DNA of 64,000 nt from Eledone cirrhosa. Lineage: Eukaryota. The first letter of the stretch is position 1; every line of letters starts with the position of its first letter. The DNA lies in assembly GCA_964016885.1 (NCBI GenBank), contig OZ024744.1:28334001-28398000 (forward strand), written 5' to 3'. The notes under the pieces were generated by a model, which had not been told where the DNA came from, made no database searches, and saw nothing but the letters and a program-made list of their open reading frames with translations. Of this stretch, positions 1 to 12,369 are shown piece after piece. A program made the position numbers and the translations under genes.

Positions 1-3000
1 TGTTATTGGTGTTGTTGTCGCTGTTATGACTGTTATTGTCATTGTTGTTGTAGTCGCTGTTATCACTGTTAATGTCATTGTTGTTGTTGTTTTTGTCGCT
101 GTTATTACTGTTATTGTCACTGTGGTTATTGTTGTTCTCGCTGTTATCACAGTTATTGTCACTGTTGTTGTTGTTGTTGTTGTCGCTGTTATAACTGTTA
201 TTGTCACTGTTGTTGTTGTTGTCGCTGTTATCACTGTTATTGACACTGTCGTTGTTGTTGTTCTCGCTGTTATCACTGTTATTGTCACTGTTGATGTTGT
301 TGTCGCTGTTATAACTGTTATTGTCACTGTTGTTGTTGCTGTTGTCGCTGTCATAACTCTTATTGTCACTGTTGTTGTTGTTTTTGTTGTTGTCGTTGTT
401 ATCACTGTTATTGTCACTGTTGTTGTTGTGTTGTCGCTGTTATCACTGTTATTGTCACTGCTGTTGTTGTCACTGTTATAAATGTTATTGTCACTGTTGT
501 TGTTGTTGTCGCTGTTATAACTGTTATTGTCATTGTTGTTGTTGTCGCTGTTATAACTGTTATTGTCACTGTTGTTGTTGTTGTCGCTGTTATTGTCACT
601 GTTGTTGTTTTGTTGTTGTTGTTGTCGCTGTTATCACTGTTATTGTTCTGTTGTTGTTGTTGTTGTCGCTGTTATAACTGTTATTGCCATTGTTGTTGTT
701 GTTGTTGTCTCTGTTATCACTGTTATTGTCACTGTTGTTGTTGTCGCTGTTATAACTGTTATTGTTGTTGTCGTTGTTATCACTGTTAATGTCATTGTTG
801 TTGTTGTTTTTGTCGCTGTTATTATGGTTATTGTCACTGTGGTTGTTGTTGTTCTCGCTGTTATGACAGTTATTGTCACTGTTGTTGTTGTTGTTGTCGC
901 TGTTATAACTGTTATTGTCACTGTTGTTGCTGTTGTAGCTTTTATCACTGTTATTGACACTGTTGTTATTGTTGTCGCTGTTATAACTCTTATTGTCACT
1001 GTTGTTGTTGTTGTCGATGTTATTGTCACTGTTGTTGTTTTGTTGTTGTTGTTGTCGTCGCTGTTGTAACTGTTATTGCCATTGTTGTTGTTGTTGTTGT
1101 CTCTATTATCACTGTTATTGTTACTGTTGTTGTTGTCGCTGTTATAACTGATATTGTTATTGGTGTTTTTGTTGTCGCTGTAATAACTGTTATTGTCATT
1201 ATTGTTGTTGTCGCTGTTATCACTGTTATTGTCACTGTTGTTGTTTTGTTGTTGTTGTTGTCGTCGTTGTCATCACTGTTATTGTCACTGTTGCTGTTGT
1301 TGTTGTCGTTGTTATCATGCTTATTGTCACTGTTGTTATTGTCGTTGTTGTCGTTGTCATCACTGTTATTGTCGCTGTTGTTGTTGTCGCTGTTATTTTC
1401 ACTGTTGATGTTTTGTTGTTGTTGTTGTCGTCGTTGTCATCACTGTTATTGTCGCTGTTGTTGTCGTTGTTGTCGTTGTTATCATGGTTATTGTCACTGT
1501 TGTTGTTGTTGTTATTACTGTTATAGTCACTGTTGTTGTTGTCGCTGTTATAACTGTTATTGTCACTGTTGTTGTTGTTGTCATTGTTATCACTGTTATT
1601 GTCACTATTGTTGTTGTCGCTGTTATCACTGTTATTGTCACTGTTGTTGTTGTTCTCGCTGTTATCACTGTTATTGTCACTGTTGTTGTGTTGTTGTCGC
1701 TGTTATAACTGTTATTGTCAAAGTTGTTGTTGTCGCTGTTATAACTGTTATTGTCACTGTTATTGTTGTTGTCGCTGTTACCACTGTTATTGTCTTTGTT
1801 GTTGTTGTTCTCGCTGTTATCGCTGTTATTGTCATTGATGTTGTTGTCGCTGTTATCACTTATATTGTCATTGTTGTTGTTGTTGTCGCTGTTATAACTG
1901 TTATTGTCACTGTTGTTGTTGCTGTTGTCTCTGTCGTAACTCTTATTGTCACTGTTGTTGTTGTTGTTGTTGTCGTTGTTATCACTGTTATTGTCATTAT
2001 TGTTGTTCTCGCTGTTATCACTGGTATTGACACTGTTGTTGTTGTTGTCGCTGTTATAACTGTTATTGTCTCTGTTGATGTTGTTGTTGTCGCTGTTATA
2101 ACTGTTATTGTCACTGTTGTTGTTGTCGCTGTTATAACTCTTATTGTCACTGTTGTTGTTGTTGTCGTTGTTATCACTGTTATTGTCATTATTGTTGTTG
2201 GCGCTGTTATCACTGTTATTGTTGTCGCTGTTATCACTGTTATTATCCCTGTTGTTGTTGTCGCTGTTATAACTGTTATTGTCACTATTGCTTTTGTTGT
2301 TGTCGCTCTTATCACTCTTATTGTCATTGTTGTTGTTGTTTTCGCTGCTATCCCTGTTATTGTTACTGTTGTTGTTCTCGCTGTTATCACTGTTATTGTC
2401 ACTGTTGTTGTTGTCGCTGTTATATCTGTTATTGTCACTGTTGTTATTGTTGCTGTCTCTGTTATCACTGTTATTGTCATTGTTGTTGTTGTTGTACTCG
2501 CTGTTATCACTGTTATTGTCACTGTTGTTGTCGATGTTATCACTGTTATTTTCATTGTCACTGTTATAACTGTTATTGTCATTGTCGTTGTTGTTGTCGC
2601 TGTTATCACTGTTATTGTCATTGTTGTTGTTGTTGTCGCTGTTATCACTGTTATTGTCACTGTTGTTGTTGTTGTCCCTGTTATCACTTTTATTGTCACT
2701 GTTGTCGTTGTTGTCTCTGCTATCACTGTTATTGTCATTGTTGTTATTGTTGTTGTCGCTGTTATAACTGTTATTGTCATTGTTGTTGTTGTCGCTGTTA
2801 TAACTGTTATTGTCACTGTTGTCGTTGTCCCTGTTATAACTGTTACTGTCACTGTTGTTGTTGTCGCTGTTATCACTGTTATTGTCACTGTTGTTGTCGC
2901 CGTTATCACTGTTATTGTCATTGTTGTTGTTGTCGCTGTTATAACTGTTATTGTCATTGTTGTTGTTGTTGTTGTCGTTGTTATCACTGTTATTGTCATT

Positions 3001-3369
3001 GTTGTTGTCGCTGTTATCACTGTTATTGTCACTGTTGTTGTTGTTGTCGCTGTTATCACTGTTATTGTCACTGTTGTTGTCACTGTTATAAATGTTATTG
3101 TCACTGTTGTTGTTGTCGCTGTTATAACTGTTATTGTCACTGTTGTTGTTGTTGTCGCTGTTATAACTGTTATTGTCACTGTCGTTTTTGTTCTCGCTCT
3201 TATCACTGTTATTGTCACTGTTGTTGTTGTTGTCGCTGTTATCACTGTTATTGTTCTGTTGTTGTTGATGTCGCTGTTATAACTGTTATTAGCATTGTTG
3301 TTGTTGTTGTTGTCTCTGTTATCACTGTTATTGTCAATATTGTTGTTGTCGCTGTTATAACTTTTTTGT

Positions 3370-6300
3370 TATTGTTATTGTTGTTATTGTTGTTGTCGCT
3401 GTTATAACTGTTATTGTCACTGTTGTTGTTGTCGCTGTTATAACTGTTATTGTCACTGTTTTTGTTGTTGTCGCTGTTATAACTGTTATTGTCACTGTTG
3501 TTGTTGGTGTTGTCGCTGTTATCACTGTTATTGTCACTGTTGTTGTTGTCGCTGTTATCACTGTTATTGTCACTGTTGTTGTCGCCGTTATCACTGATAT
3601 TGTCATCGTTGTTGTTGTCGCTGTTATAACTGTTATTGTCATTGTTGTTGTTGTTGTTGTCGCTGTTATAACTGTTATTGTCACTGTTGTTGTTGTTGTC
3701 GCTGTTATAACTGTTATTGTCACTGTCGTTTTTGTTCTCGCTCTTATCACTGTTATTGTCACTGTTGTTGTTGTCGCTGTTATAACTGTTATTGACATTG
3801 TTGTTGTTGTCGCTGTTATAACTGTTATTGTCACTGTTGTTGTCTCTGTTATTGTCACTGTTGTTGTTTTGTTGTTGTTGTTGTTGTTGTTGTCGCTGTT
3901 ATCACTGTTATTGTTCTGTTGTTGTTGATGTCGCTGTTATAACTGTTATTGCCATTGTTGTTGTTGTTGTCTCTGTTATCACTGTTATTGTCACTATTGT
4001 TGTTGTCGCTGTTATAACTTTTTTGTTATTGGTGTTGTTGTTGTCGCTGTTATGACTGTTATTGCCATTGTTGTTGTAGTCGCTGTTATCACTGTTAATG
4101 TCATTGTTGTTGTTGTTTTTGTCGCTGTTATTACTGTTATTGTCACTGTGGTTGTTGTTGTTCTCGCTGTTATCACAGTTATTGTCACTGTTGTTGTTGT
4201 CGCTGTTATAACTGTTATTGTCACTGTTGTTGTTGTTCTTGTCGCTGTTATAACTGTTATTGTCACTGTTGTTGTTGTAGCTTTTATCACTGTTATTGAC
4301 ACTGTTGTTATTGTTGTCGCTGTTATAACTGTTATTGTCACTGTTGTTGTTGTGGTTCTCGCTGTTATAACTGTTATTGTGACTGTTGTTGTTGTTGTCG
4401 CTGTTATAACTGTTATTGTCATTGTTGTTGTTGTTGTCGCTGTTATCACTGTTATTGACACTGTCGTTGTTGTTGTTCTCGCTGTTATCTCTGTTATTGT
4501 CACTGTTGTTGTTGTTGTCGCTGTTATAACTGTTATTGTCACTGTTGTTGTTGTTGTCGCTATTATATCTGTTATTGTCACTGATGTTGTTGTTGCTGTC
4601 TCTGTTATCACTGTTATTGTCATTGTTGTTGTTGTTGTTGTACTCGCTGTTATCACTGTTATTGTCACTGTTGTTGTCGATGTTATCACTGTTATTTTCA
4701 TTGTTGTTTTTGTTGTCACTGTTATAACTGTTATTGTCATTGTTGTTGTTGTTGTCGCTGTTATCACTGTTATTGTCATTGTTGTTGTTGTTGTCCCTGT
4801 TATCACTGTTATTGTCACTGTTGTTGTTGTTGTCCCTGTTATCACTGTTATTGTCACTGTTGTCGTTGTTGTTGTCACTGTTATTTATAAATGTTATTGT
4901 CACTGTTGTTGTTGTCGCTGTTATAACTGTTATTGTCACTGTTGTTGTCGCTGTTATAACTGTTATTGTCACTGTTTTTGTTGTTGTCGCTGTTATAACT
5001 GTTATTGTCACTGTTGTTGTTGTTGTTGTCGCTGTTATCACTGTTATTGTCACTGTTGTTGTCGTTGTCTCTGTTATCACTGTTATTGTCATTGTTGTTA
5101 TTGTTGTTGTCGCTGTTATAACTGTTATTGTCATTGTTGTTGTTGTCGCTGTTATAACTGTTATTGTCACTGCTGTCGTTGTCCCTGTTATAACTGTTAC
5201 TGTCACTTTTGTTGTTGTTGCTGTTATCACTGTTATTGTCACTGTTGTTGTCGCCGTTATCACTGTTATTGTCATTGTTGTTGTTGTCGCTGTTATAACT
5301 GTTATTGTCATTGTTGTTGTTGTTGTTGTCGCGTTTATCACTGTTATTGTCATTGTTGTTGTCGCTGTTATCACTGTCATTGTCACTGTTGTTTTTGTTG
5401 TCGCTGTTATCACTGTTATTGTCACTGTTGTTGTCACTGTTATAAATGTTATTGTCACTGTTGTTGTTGTCGCTGTTATAACTGTTATTGTCACTGTTGT
5501 CGTTGTTGTCGCTGTTATAACTGTTATTGTCACTGTCGTTTTTGTTCTCGCTCTTATCACTGTTATTGTCACTGTTGTTGTTGTCGCTGTTATAACTGTT
5601 ATTGTCATTGTTGTTGTTGTCGCTGTTATAACTGTTATTGTCACTGTTGTTGTCGCTGTTATTGTCACTGTTGTTGTTTTGTTGTTGTTGTTGTTGTCGC
5701 TGTTATCACTGTTATTGTCACTATTGTTGTTGTCGCTGTTATAACTTTTTTGTTATTGGTGTTGTTGTTGTCGCTGTTATGACTGTTATTGTCATTGTTG
5801 TTGTAGTCGCTGTTATCACTGTTAATGTCATTGTTGTTGTTGTTCTTGTCGCTGTTATTACTGTTATTGTCACTGTGGTTGTTGTTCTCGCTGTTATCAC
5901 AGTTATTGTCACTGTTGTTGTTGTTGTTGTCGCTGTTATAACTGTTATTGTCACTGTTGTTGTTGTTCTTGTCGCTGTTATAACTGTTACTGTCACTGTT
6001 GTTGTTGTCGCTTTTATCACTGTTATTGACACTGTTGTTATTGTTGTCGCTGTTATAACTGTTATTGTCACTATTGTTGTTGTGGTTCTCGCTGTTATAA
6101 CTGTTATTGTGACTGTTGTTGTTGTTGTTGTCGCTGTTATAACTGTTATTGTCATTGTTGTTTTTGTCGCAGTTATCACTGTTATTGACACTGTCGTTGT
6201 TGTTGTTCTCGCTGTTATCACTGTTATTGTCACTGTTGTTGTTGTTGTCGCTGTTATAACTGTTATTGTCACTGTTGTTGTTGCTGTTGTCGCTGTCATA

Positions 6301-9300
6301 ACTCTTATTGTCACTGTTGTTGTTGTTGTTGTTGTCGTTGTTATCACTGTTATTGTCATTATTGTTGTTCTCGCTGTTATCACTGGTATTGACACTGTTG
6401 TTGTTGTTGTCGCTGTTATAACTGTTATTGTCTCTGTTGATGTTGTTGTTGTCGCTGTTATAACTGTTATTTTCACTGTTGTTGTTGTCGCTGTTATAAC
6501 TCTTATTGTCACTGTTGTTGTTGTTGTCGTTGTTATCACTGTTATTGTCATTATTGTTGTTGGCGCTGTTATCACTGTTATTGTTGTCGCTGTTATCACT
6601 GTTATTATCCCTGTTGTTGTTGTCGCTGTTATAACTGTTATTGTCACTATTGCTTTTGTTGTTGTCGCTCTTATCACTCTTATTGTCATTGTTGTTGTTG
6701 TTTTCGCTGCTATCCCTGTTATTGTTACTGTTGTTGTTCTCGCTGTTATCACTGTTATTGTCACTGTTGTTGTTGTCGCTGTTATATCTGTTATTGTCAC
6801 TGTTGTTATTGTTGCTGTCTCTGTTATCACTGTTATTGTCATTGTTGTTGTTGTTGTTGTACTCGCTGTTATCACTGTTATTGTCACTGTTGTTGTCGAT
6901 GTTATCACTGTTATTTTCATTGTTGTTTTTGTTGTCACTGTGATAACTGTTATTGTCATTGTTGTTGTTGTTGTCGCTGTTATCACTGTTATTGTCATTG
7001 TTGTTGTTGTCGCTGTTATCACTGTTATTGTCACTGTTGTTGTTGTTGTCCCTGTTATCACTGTTATTGTTATTGTTGTTATTGTTGTTGTCGCTGTTAT
7101 AACTGTTATTGTCACTGTTGTTGTTGTCGCTGTTATAACTGTTATTGTCACTGTTTTTGTTGTTGTCGCTGTTATAACTGTTATTGTCACTGTTGTTGTT
7201 GGTGTTGTCGCTGTTATCACTGTTATTGTCACTGTTGTTGTTGTCGCTGTTATCACTGTTATTGTCACTGTTGTTGTCGCCGTTATCACTGATATTGTCA
7301 TTGTTGTTGTTGTCGCTGTTATAACTGTTATTGTCATTGTTGTTGTTGTTGTTGTCGCTGTTATAACTGTTATTGTCACTGTTGTTGTTGTTGTCGCTGT
7401 TATAACTGTTATTGTCACTGTCGTTTTTGTTCTCGCTCTTATCACTGTTATTGTCACTGTTGTTGTTGTCGCTGTTATAACTGTTATTGTCATTGTTGTT
7501 GTTGTCGCTGTTATAACTGTTATTGTCACAGTTGTTGTCTCTGTTATTGTCACTGTTGTTGTTTTGTTGTTGTTGTTGTTGTTGTTGTCGCTGTTATCAC
7601 TGTTATTGTTCTGTTGTTGTTGATGTCGCTGTTATAACTGTTATTGCCATTGTTGTTGTTGTTGTCTCTGTTATCACTGTTATTGTCACTATTGTTGTTG
7701 TCGCTGTTATAACTTTTTTGTTATTGGTGTTGTTGTTGTCGCTGTTATGACTGTCATTGCCATTGTTGTTGTAGTCGCTGTTATCACTGTTAATGTCATT
7801 GTTGTTGTTGTTTTTGTCGCTGTTATTACTGTTATTGTCACTGTGGTTGTTGTTGTTCTCGCTGTTATCACAGTTATTGTCACTGTTGTTGTTGTTGTCG
7901 CTGTTATAACTGTTATTGTCACTGTTGTTTTTGTTCTTGTCGCTGTTATAACTGTTATTGTCACTGTTGTTGTTGTAGCTTTTATCACTGTTATTGACAC
8001 TGTTGTTATTGTTGTCGCTGTTATAACTGTTATTGTCACTGTTGTTGTTGTGGTTCTCGCTGTTATAACTGTTATTGTGACTGTTGTTGTTGTTGTCGCT
8101 GTTATAACTGTTATTGTCATTGTTGTTGTTGTTGTCGCTGTTATCACTGTTATTGTCATTGTTGTTGTTGTCGCTGTTATAACTGTTATTGTCACTGCTG
8201 TCGTTGTCCCTGTTATAACTGTTACTGTCACTTTTGTTGTTGTTGCTGTTATCACTGTTATTGTCACTGTTGTTGTCGCCGTTATCACTGTTATTGTCAT
8301 TGTTGTTGTTGTCGCTGTTATAACTGTTATTGTCATTGTTGTTGTTGTTGTTGTCGCGTTTATCACTGTTATTGTCATTGTTGTTGTCGCTGTTATCACT
8401 GTCATTGTCACTGTTGTTGTTGTTGTCGCTGTTATCACTGTTATTGTCACTGTTGTTGTCACTGTTATAAATGTTATTGTCACTGTTGTTGTTGTCGCTG
8501 TTATAACTGTTATTGTCACTGTTGTCGTTGTTGTCGCTGTTATAACTGTTATTGTCACTGTCGTTTTTGTTCTCGCTCTTATCACTGTTATTGTCACTGT
8601 TGTTGTTGTCGCTGTTATAACTGTTATTGTCATTGTTGTTGTTGTCGCTGTTATAACTGTTATTGTCACTGTTGTTGTCGCTGTTATTGTCACTGTTGTT
8701 GTTTTGTTGTTGTTGTTGTTGTCGCTGTTATCACTGTTATTGTCACTATTGTTGTTGTCGCTGTTATAACTTTTTTGTTATTGGTGTTGTTGTTGTCGCT
8801 GTTATGACTGTTATTGTCATTGTTGTTGTAGTCGCTGTTATCACTGTTAATGTCATTGTTGTTGTTGTTCTTGTCGCTGTTATTACTGTTATTGTCACTG
8901 TGGTTGTTGTTCTCGCTGTTATCACAGTTATTGTCACTGTTGTTGTTGTTGTTGTCGCTGTTATAACTGTTATTGTCACTGTTGTTGTTGTTCTTGTCGC
9001 TGTTATAACTGTTACTGTCACTGTTGTTGTTGTCGCTTTTATCACTGTTATTGACACTGTTGTTATTGTTGTCGCTGTTATAACTGTTATTGTCACTATT
9101 GTTGTTGTGGTTCTCGCTGTTATAACTGTTATTGTGACTGTTGTTGTTGTTGTTGTCGCTGTTATAACTGTTATTGTCATTGTTGTTTTTGTCGCAGTTA
9201 TCACTGTTATTGACACTGTCGTTGTTGTTGTTCTCGCTGTTATCACTGTTATTGTCACTGTTGTTGTTGTTGTCGCTGTTATAACTGTTATTGTCACTGT

Positions 9301-11540
9301 TGTTGTTGCTGTTGTCGCTGTCATAACTCTTATTGTCACTGTTGTTGTTGTTGTTGTTGTCGTTGTTATCACTGTTATTGTCATTATTGTTGTTCTCGCT
9401 GTTATCACTGGTATTGACACTGTTGTTGTTGTTGTCGCTGTTATAACTGTTATTGTCTCTGTTGATGTTGTTGTTGTCGCTGTTATAACTGTTATTTTCA
9501 CTGTTGTTGTTGTCGCTGTTATAACTCTTATTGTCACTGTTGTTGTTGTTGTCGTTGTTATCACTGTTATTGTCATTATTGTTGTTGGCGCTGTTATCAC
9601 TGTTATTGTTGTCGCTGTTATCACTGTTATTATCCCTGTTGTTGTTGTCGCTGTTATAACTGTTATTGTCACTATTGCTTTTGTTGTTGTCGCTCTTATC
9701 ACTCTTATTGTCATTGTTGTTGTTGTTTTCGCTGCTATCCCTGTTATTGTTACTGTTGTTGTTCTCGCTGTTATCACTGTTATTGTCACTGTTGTTGTTG
9801 TCGCTGTTATATCTGTTATTGTCACTGTTGTTATTGTTGCTGTCTCTGTTATCACTGTTATTGTCATTGTTGTTGTTGTTGTTGTACTCGCTGTTATCAC
9901 TGTTATTGTCACTGTTGTTGTCGATGTTATCACTGTTATTTTCATTGTTGTTTTTGTTGTCACTGTGATAACTGTTATTGTCATTGTTGTTGTTGTTGTC
10001 GCTGTTATCACTGTTATTGTCATTGTTGTTGTTGTCGCTGTTATCACTGTTATTGTCACTGTTGTTGTTGTTGTCCCTGTTATCACTGTTATTGTTATTG
10101 TTGTTATTGTTGTTGTCGCTGTTATAACTGTTATTGTCACTGTTGTTGTTGTCGCTGTTATAACTGTTATTGTCACTGTTTTTGTTGTTGTCGCTGTTAT
10201 AACTGTTATTGTCACTGTTGTTGTTGGTGTTGTCGCTGTTATCACTGTTATTGTCACTGTTGTTGTTGTCGCTGTTATCACTGTTATTGTCACTGTTGTT
10301 GTCGCCGTTATCACTGATATTGTCATTGTTGTTGTTGTCGCTGTTATAACTGTTATTGTCATTGTTGTTGTTGTTGTTGTCGCTGTTATAACTGTTATTG
10401 TCACTGTTGTTGTTGTTGTCGCTGTTATAACTGTTATTGTCACTGTCGTTTTTGTTCTCGCTCTTATCACTGTTATTGTCACTGTTGTTGTTGTCGCTGT
10501 TATAACTGTTATTGTCATTGTTGTTGTTGTCGCTGTTATAACTGTTATTGTCACAGTTGTTGTCTCTGTTATTGTCACTGTTGTTGTTTTGTTGTTGTTG
10601 TTGTTGTTGTTGTCGCTGTTATCACTGTTATTGTTCTGTTGTTGTTGATGTCGCTGTTATAACTGTTATTGCCATTGTTGTTGTTGTTGTCTCTGTTATC
10701 ACTGTTATTGTCACTATTGTTGTTGTCGCTGTTATAACTTTTTTGTTATTGGTGTTGTTGTTGTCGCTGTTATGACTGTCATTGCCATTGTTGTTGTAGT
10801 CGCTGTTATCACTGTTAATGTCATTGTTGTTGTTGTTTTTGTCGCTGTTATTACTGTTATTGTCACTGTGGTTGTTGTTGTTCTCGCTGTTATCACAGTT
10901 ATTGTCACTGTTGTTGTTGTTGTCGCTGTTATAACTGTTATTGTCACTGTTGTTTTTGTTCTTGTCGCTGTTATAACTGTTATTGTCACTGTTGTTGTTG
11001 TAGCTTTTATCACTGTTATTGACACTGTTGTTATTGTTGTCGCTGTTATAACTGTTATTGTCACTGTTGTTGTTGTGGTTCTCGCTGTTATAACTGTTAT
11101 TGTGACTGTTGTTGTTGTTGTCGCTGTTATAACTGTTATTGTCATTGTTGTTGTTGTTGTCGCTGTTATCACTGTTATTGACACTGTCGTTGTTGTTGTT
11201 CTCGCTGTTATCTCTGTTATTGTCACTGTTGTTGTTGTTGTCGCTGTTATAACTGTTATTGTCACTGTTGTTGTTGTTGTCGCTATTATATCTGTTATTG
11301 TCACTGATGTTGTTGTTGCTGTCTCTGTTATCACTGTTATTGTCATTGTTGTTGTTGTTGTTGTACTCGCTGTTATCACTGTTTTTGTCACTGTTGTTGT
11401 CGATGTTATCACTGTTATTTTCATTGTTGTTTTTGTTGTCACTGTTATAACTGTTATTGTCATTGTTGTTGTTGTTGTCGCTGTTATCACTGTTATTGTC
11501 ATTGTTGTTGTTGTTGTCCCTGTTATCACTGTTATTGTCA
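3370..11540 (+). repeat. Mosaic higher-order block with near-identical copies at 3695-bp and 3025-bp offsets
   Basis: Matching translations in the ORF track: 3828/7523 and 4052/7747 (offset 3695); 5638..7623 = 8663..10648, 5739/8764, 7523/10548, 7707/10732 (offset 3025). The 670-bp difference corresponds to a segment near 4440-5110 missing from the copy at ~8150. Confidence 0.85.
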
Positions 11541-12369
11541 CTGTTGTTGTTGTTCTTGTCGCTGTTATAACTGTTACTGTCACTGTTGTTGTTGTCGCTT
11601 TTATCACTGTTATTGACACTGTTGTTATTGTTGTCGCTGTTATAACTGTTATTGTCACTATTGTTGTTGTGGTTCTCGCTGTTATAACTGTTATTGTGAC
11701 TGTTGTTGTTGTTGTTGTCGCTGTTATAACTGTTATTGTCATTGTTGTTGTTGTCGCAGTTATCACTGTTATTGACACTGTCGTTGTTGTTGTTCTCGCT
11801 GTTATCACTGTTATTGTCACTGTTGTTGTTGTTGTCGCTGTTATAACTGTTATTGTCACTGTTGTTGTTGCTGTTGTCGCTGTCATAACTCTTATTGTCA
11901 CTGTTGTTGTTGTTGTTGTTGTCGTTGTTATCACTGTTATTGTCATTATTGTTGTTCTCGCTGTTATCACTGGTATTGACACTGTTGTTGTTGTTGTCGC
12001 TGTTATAACTGTTATTGTCTCTGTTGATGTTGTTGTTGTCGCTGTTATAACTGTTATTTTCACTGTTGTTGTTGTCGCTGTTATAACTCTTATTGTCACT
12101 GTTGTTGTTGTTGTCGTTGTTATCACTGTTATTGTCATTATTGTTGTTGGCGCTGTTATCACTGTTATTGTTGTCGCTGTTATCACTGTTATTATCCCTG
12201 TTGTTGTTGTCGCTGTTATAACTGTTATTGTCACTATTGCTTTTGTTGTTGTCGCTCTTATCACTCTTATTGTCATTGTTGTTGTTGTTTTCGCTGCTAT
12301 CCCTGTTATTGTTACTGTTGTTGTTCTCGCTGTTATCACTGTTATTGTCACTATTGTTGTTGTCGCTGT

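Noticed and set aside
4883-4892. TATA-box promoters at TATAAAT, and T-tract terminators at ACTTTTTTG
   Set aside because: Both are simple variants of the monomer. There is no downstream gene and no GC-rich hairpin before the T tracts.
5638-7623. Val/Ile- or Leu-rich ORFs as membrane proteins
   Set aside because: Hundreds of uninterrupted hydrophobic residues with no loops are not a plausible protein. They are a by-product of the repeat.
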